64,000 nt of DNA from Candidatus Bathyarchaeota archaeon (GCA_963714275.1 CAVQNT010000006.1:96001-160000), one strand, 5' to 3'; counted from the first letter of the stretch, positions 30,116 through 39,890 are shown. The notes: generated by a model from the letters alone, not told the origin. A program made the numbers and translations.

Positions 30116-32230
30116 CTACGCCGGTACTTCTACGAGGACTGACTGGTCGAAGGTCTTCCGTATGCTGAACTCGGCTTGTTTGCTGTCGTTCCACTGATCA
30201 ACCGGTCTAAGGTAACCCACAATTCTAGAGTAAACTTCACATTTGGCTCCGCAGTGCGGGCACGTTTTCTGTTCTCCGTTGAGGTATCCGTGAGTTGTGC
30301 ATATGCTGAAGGTCGGAGTTAACGAGTAGTAGGGAAGATGGGCTGTGTGGGCGACCTTCTTGACTAACTCAGCAGCAGCCTTCCACGAGTGGATTCTTTC
30401 TCCGAGGAAAATGTGGAAAACGGTGCCGCCTGTGTAGAGGGTTTGAAGGTTGTCTTGGTGCTCGAGGGCTTCGAAAAGGTCTCCTGTATAGTCGACGGGG
30501 AGATGGGTGGAGTTCGTGTAGAATGGTTCTGCGCCTTTTAAGATTTGTTTCTCGTTCGCAGCGATGATGTTTGGATAATGTTCTTTGTCAAGATGCGGAA
30601 GCCTGTAGGATACTCCTTCAGCAGGGGTTGCCTCCAGATTGTACATGTTTCCCGTTTCTTCTTGGTATTCAAGAAGCTTGTCGCGCATGAACTTCAGGAC
30701 TTTCGTCGCGAACTTCATTCCTTCGTCGTTTGATATTCCGTATCCGAAAAGGTTGAGCAGGGCTTCGTTCATTCCGATTAAGCCGATTGTGGAGAAGTGG
30801 TTCTTCCAGAAGCTGCCGTAAGCTTCCTTCACAAACCGCAGGTAGTACCTTGAATAAGGATACAGCCCCTTCTCTGTGAACCTTTCAAGCACTTTCCTCT
30901 TTATCTCCAAGCTGTCCTTGGCTATCTGCATCATCTCCTCAAGTCTTACGAAGAATTTTTCCTCGTTTTTGGTCAGGTACCCAATCCGAGGCATGTTCAA
31001 CGTTACAACGCCGATTGAGCCCGTGAGTGGGCTTGCCCCGAAGAATCCTCCACCCCTTTTCCTCAACATTCGATTGTCTATCCTAAGGCGGCAACACATG
31101 CTTCGCACGTCTTCAGGCGACATGTCGCTGTTGACAAAGTTGGAAAAATATGGCGTCCCATACTTGGCGGTTGCCTCAAAAATCTTCTGAGCCACCGGCG
31201 AATCCCAGTCAAAATCATCAGTAATGTTATATGTTGGAATGGGGAACGTGAAGACCCGTCCCTTCGCGTCTCCCTCAACCATAACCTCAGCGAAGGCAGA
31301 ATTGAACATGTTAATCTCGTTCTGCATGTCGCCGTAGGCGTCGTCTAACATTGTTCCTCCGCGGATGATGGGCTCGTCTTTCATGAAGTTCGGGACGTTG
31401 AGGTCAAGAGTCACGTTTGTGAAGGGAGTCTGGAACCCTACACGAGTAGGAACATTGATGTTAAAGAAAAATTCCTGAAGCGCCTGCTTAACCTCTCTTT
31501 CAGCTAAGCCGTCATAATGGATGAAGGGTGCAAGGTACGTGTCAAAGTTACTGAAAGCCTGTGCGCCAGCCGCTTCTCCCTGAAGCGTATAAAAAAAGTT
31601 GACGACTTGCCCAAGAGCCGTCCTGAAATGTTTCGCGGGCCTGCTTTCAATTTTTCCTGAAACTCCGCCGAATCCTGAGAGGAGAAGTTCCCTAAGGTCC
31701 CATCCGACGCAGTACGGACCTAGAACGCCGAGGTCGTGGAGGTGCATGTCGCCTGAATAGTGAGCGTCCGCAATGTTAGGCGGGTAGATTCGGCTTGCCC
31801 AGTATTTTTCTATTACCTTTGTTGTCAAGTAATTGTTCAATCCTTGCAAGGAATAGCTCATATTCGAGTTTTCCCGCACGTACCAATCTTCAACGTCTAC
31901 GTACTGTTCCACAAGGTCCGAGGAGCTCAGAAACACCGCGAGTTCCCTTATGTCCTGATGTTGCTTCCGGTACAGGATGTACGCCTTCGCTGTTCGGGCA
32001 TGCCCGTTCTCTATCAGGACCTTCTCAACTATGTCCTGTATCTCCTCGACTGTTGGAACCCCTTCTTCTCCGAACCGCTGCTTTAGAATTTCGACTACCT
32101 TTTCAGTCATGCGTTTGGCTTCTTCTTTGTCCCTTCCGCCGACTGCGCTTGCCGCTTTCCATATGGCGGTGGTTATGCGGTTGCCGTCGAACTCTTCGAG
32201 CCTGCTGTCCCGCTTCCTGACATACTTCAA
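30116..32230 (-). CDS. nrdD: Class III (anaerobic) ribonucleoside-triphosphate reductase with ATP cone
   Basis: N-terminal ATP cone (VRKRD), HLHDL, RSMCCRL, EATPAEG, CTTH/CPHC, YSRIVGYLRPV glycyl-radical loop. Confidence 0.95.
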   Translation of the reverse strand: MKYVRKRDSRLEEFDGNRITTAIWKAASAVGGRDKEEAKRMTEKVVEILKQRFGEEGVPTVEEIQDIVEKVLIENGHARTAKAYILYRKQHQDIRELAVFLSSSDLVEQYVDVEDWYVRENSNMSYSLQGLNNYLTTKVIEKYWASRIYPPNIADAHYSGDMHLHDLGVLGPYCVGWDLRELLLSGFGGVSGKIESRPAKHFRTALGQVVNFFYTLQGEAAGAQAFSNFDTYLAPFIHYDGLAEREVKQALQEFFFNINVPTRVGFQTPFTNVTLDLNVPNFMKDEPIIRGGTMLDDAYGDMQNEINMFNSAFAEVMVEGDAKGRVFTFPIPTYNITDDFDWDSPVAQKIFEATAKYGTPYFSNFVNSDMSPEDVRSMCCRLRIDNRMLRKRGGGFFGASPLTGSIGVVTLNMPRIGYLTKNEEKFFVRLEEMMQIAKDSLEIKRKVLERFTEKGLYPYSRYYLRFVKEAYGSFWKNHFSTIGLIGMNEALLNLFGYGISNDEGMKFATKVLKFMRDKLLEYQEETGNMYNLEATPAEGVSYRLPHLDKEHYPNIIAANEKQILKGAEPFYTNSTHLPVDYTGDLFEALEHQDNLQTLYTGGTVFHIFLGERIHSWKAAAELVKKVAHTAHLPYYSLTPTFSICTTHGYLNGEQKTCPHCGAKCEVYSRIVGYLRPVDQWNDSKQAEFSIRKTFDQSVLVEVPA

Positions 32231-32611
32231 CTTATATATCCTCCTAAAGATGAACGCCGATGATTTTTGTAATTGAATTTAACTAATTTACAATTAGCCA
32301 TTCAAAAGACACGCTGTATAAAGATTTAAATGTATTTGTTTAAAAAATTTGATAAACAAAGAACCTAAAAAAGGGAGTCAAACCGAAAACAAGGCATTTT
32401 TTAAGCATTTATAAAATTCCTTCATGGGTAACTATTTTTCACGTCCCAATCATCATTTCAGCACCAACGTTTCAATAAAGTATGAAAATTGTTTACAAAG
32501 AATAAACCTATACACAAAATCCAATAAATCAAAGACAGGTTGCATTACGAAAAATTAAAAAAATAAAAGGAGCCTTCAATCGAACAATAAAAAGCTCAAA
32601 AAATTCTGATT

Positions 32612-32792
32612 TTACCACAACAACGTTATCAACGTAATTCCTAATAGCCCAAGCATGATGACGATTACGACGAAGAAGATGACGGCCAATACCGATATGA
32701 TGAGGGCTTTCAGCCAGCCACAAAACGGGCGACAAAATGATGATGTTCACAAAAACGTGAACGAACAATGAAAAAAGGTCAAAACTTAGCAT
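32612..32792 (-). pseudogene. Small membrane-protein gene, probably internally deleted and frameshifted
   Basis: Hydrophobic N-terminus (…NIIILSPVLWLA) switches frame at TGGCTGGCTG to a second TM segment, WLKALIISVLAVIFFVVIVIMLGLLGITLITLLW*. Confidence 0.5.
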
Positions 32793-32916
32793 TGAATCTC
32801 GCCGTACACAATATAAGATAATTCGGCATTAAAATCGTTGCGTAAATTAAAATACGACCTTATAGAATCTGTCCATAACATTCATCAACACAAGTAGCTT
32901 ATAGTGACAAAAATTT

Positions 32917-32989
32917 TGGTTGCCTAGGAGAGATTCGGACTCTCGTTGGTTGATCCAAAGCCCTTTATGCTTGTCAATTACAACGAGCT
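32917..32989 (-). pseudogene. Degenerate copy of tRNA-Gln(TTG)
   Basis: About 60/76 identical to 35029-35104 by manual alignment, same orientation; anticodon and CCA retained, acceptor and anticodon stems broken. Confidence 0.85.
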
Positions 32990-33065
32990 TCCGTAGTTGC
33001 GTACTTCACGCTTTTTTAGTAAAACGTCGGGGAAAGCTTTTATCTGATCCGCCTGAATAAATTGT

Positions 33066-33968
33066 ATGCTTCGAGGGTTAAGAGGGTTCGCTCAGTTCAT
33101 TTCAGCGGAAAGAGGATTCATGCTTTTCATGATATCCATGGGATCCACGTTTCTGATAGGTGAGAATCTTTCTTGGCTTCAGGCGGGTTACCTCGGATTC
33201 ATTGTTTTCTGCGGGTGGAGCGGGGTGGACGCCATGAACAACATTTACGACGCGGACTTGGATGAGAAATCGGATCCTTTCAGGGCAGAATACACGAAGA
33301 AGCTGGGAACACTTGGATTGTTCGTCTCCATTTTCTTTTTAGTAGTAGCTTTCAGTTTGGGTGTGGCTACGCAGATCCCATTATTGACGGTTTTTATTGT
33401 GGTGGGCAGCCTTGCAGGAGTCCTGTATTCGGTTCCGCCCTTTCGGCTTAGACAGACGGTTCTCAAACCGTTAGTCAACTTCTCCGTCGGATCAGTACCC
33501 GTCTTAATAGTGGCTTCGTTTTTCAGCGTTTTCTCTCTCCAAGTGTGGCCTCTTGTGTTCCTCATCGGCATAACAACCGCGGTTAACAGCCTTTGGGAAG
33601 ACTTGGCGGATTACACTTCCGATCTTAATAATGATGCGAAAACATTCCTTATTGTGCTAGGTTTGAGACGCGGATTCTTCACAACTATTGTTCTGGGCTA
33701 CTGCCTCGTCCCCCTCATGGTCCTCATAGGCGTAATGTTTAACCTAAGCCTGCTTTACTACATCATCTTTTCTTTGCTTGTGACCTTTATGTCTCTCCGT
33801 CTGGTCCAAAATCGGACTATACTTCTTGGGAAAGAAGGCGACAACACCGAACAAACGTTGAAGCTGGGCAAAATTCTAGCCAAAGACTTCGTGGTCTTGG
33901 CCATAGTGCAAACGACGAACATAATGTTGAGCGGCTTCCTGAAATACCACGCCGGCTTCCTGTTCTAA
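33066..33968 (+). CDS. UbiA family prenyltransferase
   Basis: NNIYDADLD and WEDLADYTSD aspartate-rich motifs, YSVPPFRL, multiple TMs. Confidence 0.88.
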   Translation: MLRGLRGFAQFISAERGFMLFMISMGSTFLIGENLSWLQAGYLGFIVFCGWSGVDAMNNIYDADLDEKSDPFRAEYTKKLGTLGLFVSIFFLVVAFSLGVATQIPLLTVFIVVGSLAGVLYSVPPFRLRQTVLKPLVNFSVGSVPVLIVASFFSVFSLQVWPLVFLIGITTAVNSLWEDLADYTSDLNNDAKTFLIVLGLRRGFFTTIVLGYCLVPLMVLIGVMFNLSLLYYIIFSLLVTFMSLRLVQNRTILLGKEGDNTEQTLKLGKILAKDFVVLAIVQTTNIMLSGFLKYHAGFLF

Positions 33969-34145
33969 AGGCAAATGTCCGCAAACTTCTCCGCAAGCAA
34001 CAATCCAGAAAGAACTCTAAGATTCCAATTTAGAATTGTTGTCAGTTAATCAGGTTAAGTTTAGCCTCATAGCTCTAAAAAACTTCAAGCGTACTTCACA
34101 TGTTGCTGATTAACTGATTGCGAAGAGGCGGAAGCTTAAGCATCA

Positions 34146-34690
34146 CTAAATGAACTGATGCTTGGCTTCTCTTTGTTTTTTACGAAAAGATTTAAACAGT
34201 TGGTATCTTGATAGACGGGGCCAACCAGTCTTAGCATATTCTATCTTACCCGGGTTTCTTTTGAGCCATTGCATCATATGGAAAAAACTCTTTGCCCTCT
34301 TCAATTCCCTTTCATTAAGAGGTCCATAACCCAAATTCCTTATTTCATCAAGGTATGCAATCTCTGCAAGGCGTTGTGGTTCTCTTGTAACTTTCACTCT
34401 TCGAATTCTATCTTCCCCATACTTTCTTTTTAAATCTTTAGCTAACTCGTCAAAGATGTATCCTTGACATATATGGATTGGTTCCCCGTTCTCGATTTGA
34501 GCTTCTCCACTAGTTTGAATACAATACTCGAAGATTGCTTCAGATACTCCTTTCTGCGAAATCTACCGGATTGGAAATATTTGACATCCAAGACATCGTA
34601 TTTAAACTCGTGTGTCTCATTGCGAAAGGCACCTATAACAGCTCCAAAAAGAAGGTCGCCGGTGCCTGCATCATCTATAGTAATTGTCAT
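34146..34690 (-). CDS. Conserved hypothetical protein with an RNase HII-like N-terminal motif; frameshift near 34490
   Basis: MTITIDDAGTGDLLFGAVIG; shifted frame IHICQGYIFDE continues into ORF 34146-34397 (KTGW). Confidence 0.6.
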
Positions 34691-35028
34691 CCAAAGTAAC
34701 CTTCTTCTACCTCGTATTTTTCCCCGTATGAAAACAGTCTGGTTTGATTTTCCCCTTTTGTGGAAAAAGGTCCTTCTCTGCAGAGAAAATGGGCTGCGCA
34801 AGCTCCAAACCTATGATTTAGAACCATCCTATGCCTTTGGTAAGCAAACGGGCGCGAATGTAAAATATGCAACAGGAGAAAAGTAGTTCTATACGTTGAT
34901 ACTGAGCTGGTTCGAAAGGCTAAAGATTAGGGTTTAATCTGAGTAAAACGTTTTCAAATTAAATGAAAAAATATTATTAACGTATTTTTCAGTTTTTAAA
35001 TAAACAACACGGGAACAATCTTGGCTTT

Positions 35029-35104
35029 TGGTAGCCCGGGAGAGATTCGAACTCTCGTCGGAGGGTCCAAAGCCCTCTATGCTTGTCCACTACACCACCG
35101 GGCT
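35029..35104 (-). tRNA. tRNA-Gln(TTG), CCA encoded
   Basis: AGCCCGG...CCGGGCT-A-CCA with the archaeal A1:U72 pair; anticodon stem GAGGG-CTTTGGA-CCCTC; GTTCGAATC. Confidence 0.95.
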
Positions 35105-35166
35105 TCTTTGGGTTATGGCTTTCTTTTCTGTCTCTGGGTAAAAACCTTACCGCTTAAGATAAGCAG

Positions 35167-36303
35167 TCATTTGCTTTTGTTTTTGAAGAGGAACTGGTCT
35201 AGAACGTTTTTGGCTTTTTCGCGTTTCTTCTGGTGGTCTTTCAGGAATTTCTTAACCTTTTCTGCGAGTGCTGCTTTGTGTTCGCCGCATAGGAGTTCGC
35301 CTGACTTGCACTCTTCGAATGTTGCCTTGAGTTTCCTGTCGTCTTCCTCGAACAGGTAATACTCATAATAGTAAATGGGACATATTGTCGGGTCTGCGCC
35401 ACAACGGCGTTGCTCCTCAACCGTCGGTTTGCCGCCAGTGTAGGCGTTCTTTACTTTCTTTTCAGCCTCTTCAGGCGGGTCCGTGGTGAAGATGCATGTT
35501 TCGGGAAGCGAAGCCGACATTTTTCCGCCTTTGCCCAGTCCCGGAAGAAACTTACAGTGAATCTGAGAGGGCTTAAAGTATCCGAGCTTCGGTGCCACGT
35601 CGCGGGTCACTCGCCAGTACGGGTCTTGGTCGATGGCAGCCGGGATGAGGCACGGCACGTTTTCGCCTGCCAGTTCAGTTTCTAGAAAACAAGGCACAGC
35701 TTGGATGGCAGGGAAGAAGATTATGCCGATGTTTGAGCTGTCCGTGAACCCGAACGTTGCCTTCACCGTTGAGAAGGTGATTCGTTTTGCGATTCTCACA
35801 GCAAGGTTGTACAGTATGCCGGCGGAGTCAACATCCACTATTATTTTAGTCTTCTTCGGGTTGAACCCCATCGCAATCACGTCTAAGGCGTTGTCGTAAG
35901 CGAACTTCGTGGATGTTTCAAGTTCGAACTCGGGGTGAATGAGGAACTTCTCGTCGTCCGTCATCTGGAAAAACAGCTTCGAACCGAAAACATCCTGCAG
36001 GTGCTTCGTGAAAATCCAGGGAACAAGGTGACCGATGTGGACTGGACCAGACGGTCCCCTGCCTGTGTAAAGAACGAACCGTTTTCCAGCCTCATAAAGG
36101 TCGAGTATCCAGTCTAGGTCCCGGTGCGAAAAGAAGAGCCCCCTTCTGAGCTGCAGGTGCAGTTCGCCTGCGTGCTTCTCTATCCTCTTAAGTAGGTTTT
36201 CGGTCAGGGGCTGGGTTCCAAACTCCTCTATCAGCCTGCTGTAGTCTATCTTGCCTGAGACCGTCCAAGGAGTAACAACCATTTCTTCCTCGTTGTTCGA
36301 CAT
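35167..36303 (-). CDS. trpS: Tryptophan--tRNA ligase
   Basis: VTPW, YTGRGPS, HIGH, AIDQDPY, KMSAS. Confidence 0.96.
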   Translation of the reverse strand: MSNNEEEMVVTPWTVSGKIDYSRLIEEFGTQPLTENLLKRIEKHAGELHLQLRRGLFFSHRDLDWILDLYEAGKRFVLYTGRGPSGPVHIGHLVPWIFTKHLQDVFGSKLFFQMTDDEKFLIHPEFELETSTKFAYDNALDVIAMGFNPKKTKIIVDVDSAGILYNLAVRIAKRITFSTVKATFGFTDSSNIGIIFFPAIQAVPCFLETELAGENVPCLIPAAIDQDPYWRVTRDVAPKLGYFKPSQIHCKFLPGLGKGGKMSASLPETCIFTTDPPEEAEKKVKNAYTGGKPTVEEQRRCGADPTICPIYYYEYYLFEEDDRKLKATFEECKSGELLCGEHKAALAEKVKKFLKDHQKKREKAKNVLDQFLFKNKSK

Positions 36304-36416
36304 GACGCAACACCCAATTCGCAGTCTTCAGGAAACAGCATCCATTGTGCTGTTCATTACGATGTTGAAAAAGACAGGTCACAATATAAACTTAATCTAA
36401 AGTCATGGTTCGCAGT

Positions 36417-37580
36417 TTACAGAGCCTTGTAGTTGTTGAACCAGCTCTCGAACGCTGCCAGAGAATCCTGAGAAAAGCTCGGCCTTCTCTTCTCCAACAT
36501 CTCATTAAAGTCCTGCATGTGTACCTTGCGCGGTTCGCCACCTGACTCCGCCTTTCCCGACTCGAAAAGTTCGCTGTTGACCTTCAGCTGAGCGGATTGG
36601 CAGATGTCCATGATGTCGCTTCCCGAGAAACCTTCGGTTGAACTAGCAAGTTTTTCAAGGTCAACATCCGCCGAGGTTTTTAAGGCGCCTATGTATAGCC
36701 GAAGCATTTCGAGGCGTTCATTGTAGCCTGGAGGAGGCACGTAAATCCTTTTTTGGAACCTCCTGATGAATGGCGTGTCCAGAGTCCATGGCTTGTTCGT
36801 TGAACCAATAACGTAAACGTGAATAGGATTTTTTTTGTCGATTATGCCGTCCATTTCCTTGAGAAACTGGTTTCGAACCCGAGTTTCGCCGCTGACTTCA
36901 AGACGGTGGATTCCCATCAAAGAGTCGAGCTCGTCAATGAAAATGATGGCTGGAGACTTCTGAGATGCTTTTCGGGCAGTGTTAAAGAGCTTGGCAACAT
37001 TGCGTTCAGCTTCCCCAAGCCACTTCGACATGATCGAAGCTGCGTCAACGGTTACGAAGGTGGCCTTAATCTCGTTAGCAACGGCAGCCGAAAGCAAAGT
37101 TTTTCCACATCCAGGAGGTCCAAAAAGGAGGATGCCCTTAGGCCAGCCGAGAGGGAAAATGTCAGGCCTTAACGAAGGATAGACGATGGCCTGCTGAATG
37201 GCTTTCTTTGCGTCCTCAAGTCCCGCTATGTCGTTCCACTTCACGTTCGGAGGATTCTTCAGAATCATATCGTCAAACGCTGTTACCTCGGTTGTTTGGG
37301 TCGTCGTTGACGTCTCATCGTAGCTTATGCTTGTCTCCTTGGCGGAGCCACTTACCCAAACGTCCTGAAGGACTCTTACACGGGTCCTGTAAACTTCAGC
37401 TCGTTGCACGTAAATTCGGTTTAAATCGTGATCTGGGTACGTGTGCACGATCCTTAAGAGGCACTCGATGGCTTTTTGATAGGCTGAAATAGCCATCTCC
37501 TTTTTTCCTTCACGGTCCAGCACCACGGCATCTTGAGCATGCTTTATGGCAATTTTCTCAAGCTCCTCCATGGCACTCAT
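36417..37580 (-). CDS. cdvC: Vps4-family AAA+ ATPase with MIT domain (CdvC)
   Basis: N-terminal MIT helices, PLGWPKGILLFGPPGCGKT, MSKWLGE, FIDE, RRFQKRIY; downstream of ESCRT-III. Confidence 0.92.
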   Translation of the reverse strand: MSAMEELEKIAIKHAQDAVVLDREGKKEMAISAYQKAIECLLRIVHTYPDHDLNRIYVQRAEVYRTRVRVLQDVWVSGSAKETSISYDETSTTTQTTEVTAFDDMILKNPPNVKWNDIAGLEDAKKAIQQAIVYPSLRPDIFPLGWPKGILLFGPPGCGKTLLSAAVANEIKATFVTVDAASIMSKWLGEAERNVAKLFNTARKASQKSPAIIFIDELDSLMGIHRLEVSGETRVRNQFLKEMDGIIDKKNPIHVYVIGSTNKPWTLDTPFIRRFQKRIYVPPPGYNERLEMLRLYIGALKTSADVDLEKLASSTEGFSGSDIMDICQSAQLKVNSELFESGKAESGGEPRKVHMQDFNEMLEKRRPSFSQDSLAAFESWFNNYKAL

Positions 37581-37585
37581 TTTTT

Positions 37586-38428
37586 TCACCGCTGAATCGT
37601 GATCTTACCCTTTCCGTTCAAAGCATCAAGAACTTCTAAAACCTTGCCTGAGGGCAAGTTAAGCTCCTGCGAACATCTAGCTATGTTCAAGTCGCCGTTG
37701 TTTCTTTCAACGTAATCCATTACCAGCTCTTCGAAAAGAAAAGAGGACACATCAAAAGCGTTCGATAAGCCGTCTCCGTTGATGGCTGCACCGTTATGGT
37801 TGACAACAACCTCGGTTCCGTCCGCAGTGATCGCCACAAGAGGCTTAACTGGAATCGCAGCCTTGGGCGCTTCAACGGGCGGTTCAGGAATACGTGTCTT
37901 CAGCTCCTGCTCAGCAATATCGGCGGCTTCGTGCAAAATGGTTTCAGCAGACTCGTCCAATACGACTGCAGGAGTGTACTCATCCAGAGTGAACTGGGTG
38001 CCTGTTAATATTTCGTCCACAACGCTGGTCAGCCGACTCATCTCAGGCGTAATGGAAGGCATGACATTAGCGACTAATCCCAACGCGTTCTTGACATCGC
38101 TGAACGCTCCTTCCAGCGACTCAAGTGTCGGAGAGACAACCTTGAGGGTGTCCAGCCTGAGGATGGCGCGTTCAACAGCGAGTTGGGTGTGCTGAGTAAA
38201 AGTTAAAACTTTTCTTATTTCAGCGATCTCGTTGGCGTAGACGGTTGCCCTTGTCTTGTTGCCTTTCCCCATGTAAAAGCTGCAGGCTTCGAAAAGGTCT
38301 TCATCTCGTTTCGACAGCTTGGATGATGCAAGTTCAAGTCTAGAATAACATTTTCCGAGCTCTCTCGTCGTTTCCATGATGAGCTCACTGACGGATTTTT
38401 TTGTCTTGTGGAAGAAATCTTTGATCAT
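37586..38428 (-). CDS. cdvB: ESCRT-III protein CdvB with C-terminal winged-helix-like domain
   Basis: Snf7 core (YANEIAEIRK..LAVERAILRLDT), Pro-rich MIM2-like IPEPP, C-terminal VMDYVERNNGDLNIARCSQEL...KGKITI. Confidence 0.85.
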   Translation of the reverse strand: MIKDFFHKTKKSVSELIMETTRELGKCYSRLELASSKLSKRDEDLFEACSFYMGKGNKTRATVYANEIAEIRKVLTFTQHTQLAVERAILRLDTLKVVSPTLESLEGAFSDVKNALGLVANVMPSITPEMSRLTSVVDEILTGTQFTLDEYTPAVVLDESAETILHEAADIAEQELKTRIPEPPVEAPKAAIPVKPLVAITADGTEVVVNHNGAAINGDGLSNAFDVSSFLFEELVMDYVERNNGDLNIARCSQELNLPSGKVLEVLDALNGKGKITIQR

Positions 38429-38470
38429 CGCACTCCTCCAATGATGGCGAGTAGCCTAAAAATGCCGGGG

Positions 38471-39205
38471 CTAACCTTCGGTTACACGTACAGGTAGGGC
38501 TTGTCTTCCTTCCTTGGTTTGTGCAGCAGGCTCATCTTTGGCTTCTTCAGGAACCTGCGCAACTTCCTTTTTCAATTCCTCAACTGGTTCTGGCTTCGTT
38601 TCCTTTTTTGGTTCCTCTTTCTCTTCTTGAAGGGCGTCTGTGACCTTGTCTTTTGTCTTCAAGAGGCTTAGCTTCGTTTGCTGGGTGTTCTTGACCTCTC
38701 TCAGTATCGGCATTATTGACAGTTGGTAGACCTCGTCGCTTACTGTGCCTATGCCGTGCTCGATCTCCAAGTAAGCCCTTGCGAGCTGAAGCGTTTTCAG
38801 CTGTTCGTCCTGATTCTTAACTTGTTTGTCCATGTCCTCAAGGACCGTTTGGGCTTCGATTTTCATTTCTTTCAAGGTTCTGTCGAATTCTTTGCTTAGG
38901 CTTTCGTGGATTCCTGACGGGATCACTTTGTTTTCAGCTAGTTTGTCGAGGATTTTCTTCTTTTTCCTTATTGTTGGCAGCTGTTCCGAAATGGTCTCAA
39001 CCTTCTTGTCGAGGTCAGAAACCATCGAAACTTCGTCTCTGCCAACTTTAAGGAGGTTCACAGGGTATTTGGCGAGTTGGCCGTAGTTTGTTTCGACCAG
39101 TGCTTCTTTTGTTTGGCCTGAGGGATCGATTAGGAACGACACTATTCTTCCAGTGTCTTTCACGTTTTTACCGACAAGCCCCGGGGCGTTGAAATTTTCA
39201 CTCAT
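38471..39205 (-). CDS. cdvA: CdvA-like cell division protein
   Basis: PRC-barrel-like N-terminus (LVGKNVKDTGRIVSF), coiled coil, C-terminal LPVRV peptide; lies between two ESCRT-III genes. Confidence 0.8.
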   Translation of the reverse strand: MSENFNAPGLVGKNVKDTGRIVSFLIDPSGQTKEALVETNYGQLAKYPVNLLKVGRDEVSMVSDLDKKVETISEQLPTIRKKKKILDKLAENKVIPSGIHESLSKEFDRTLKEMKIEAQTVLEDMDKQVKNQDEQLKTLQLARAYLEIEHGIGTVSDEVYQLSIMPILREVKNTQQTKLSLLKTKDKVTDALQEEKEEPKKETKPEPVEELKKEVAQVPEEAKDEPAAQTKEGRQALPVRVTEG

Positions 39206-39245
39206 CTTTTTTCGCTCTTTTTCAAATGGGTGGGATCTCACTCTT

Positions 39246-39890
39246 TTAGTATTGGGAGAATCCTGTGTCCTGTGCAAATGTCTCGGGTTGTTTCAACGCT
39301 GGGAGCTCTGGGAACTTCTCCTTCATTCTCTGCTCTGCGACCGTTGAGGCTTCGCTGAGAATCTTCCTTGCATCTTCGCTTGCTACTTCAAAGTCTGGCG
39401 ATATTCCAGCAGTTTGTCCAGCCTCTATCATGATGTCGTTCAGCATCATGCCAACTGATTCGAGTTCTTTCTCGGCATTCGGCAGTATTCCAGCAATTCC
39501 CGACCTTACGCTTTGTAAGACTTGAGCAGCTGGTGCTAAGCTTACGACAGCATTGCCGAGCTGGGTTACTGTTCTTAGCCTCAAAACAACTCTTTCAAGT
39601 GCGAGCTGGGCGTTCATCATGAAGTTAGCCATCTTCCGTAACTCTGCTAGTTCGTTGGCGAAGACATTGGCTCTCTGAATCTGATTCTTTGAGTATGCAT
39701 CGACGACTTTGGAGAAGAGGTATTTGTCTCTGTCAGTGAATCTGTTGAGAGAGTTATCGAGATACTGCACTTGGGCTTCGATCCTTCTGATGGCGAGTTC
39801 GATCTTTGACCTTAACGGTGCTGCGGGTTTTATTACTCCCTTTATGCCGCTTCGGTCTCTTTCCTCCCATCGTTTAGAGAATTTTGACAA
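39246..39890 (-). CDS. ESCRT-III/Snf7 protein (CdvB1/2-like)
   Basis: FANELAELRKM..LALERVVLRLRT..SEDARKILSEA..KFPELP; no winged-helix tail. Confidence 0.88.
   Translation of the reverse strand: MSKFSKRWEERDRSGIKGVIKPAAPLRSKIELAIRRIEAQVQYLDNSLNRFTDRDKYLFSKVVDAYSKNQIQRANVFANELAELRKMANFMMNAQLALERVVLRLRTVTQLGNAVVSLAPAAQVLQSVRSGIAGILPNAEKELESVGMMLNDIMIEAGQTAGISPDFEVASEDARKILSEASTVAEQRMKEKFPELPALKQPETFAQDTGFSQY

Noticed and set aside
32813-32840. Resemblance to a Thermococcales dif site
   Set aside because: The arms are not inverted repeats; better explained as the promoter of the small minus-strand gene
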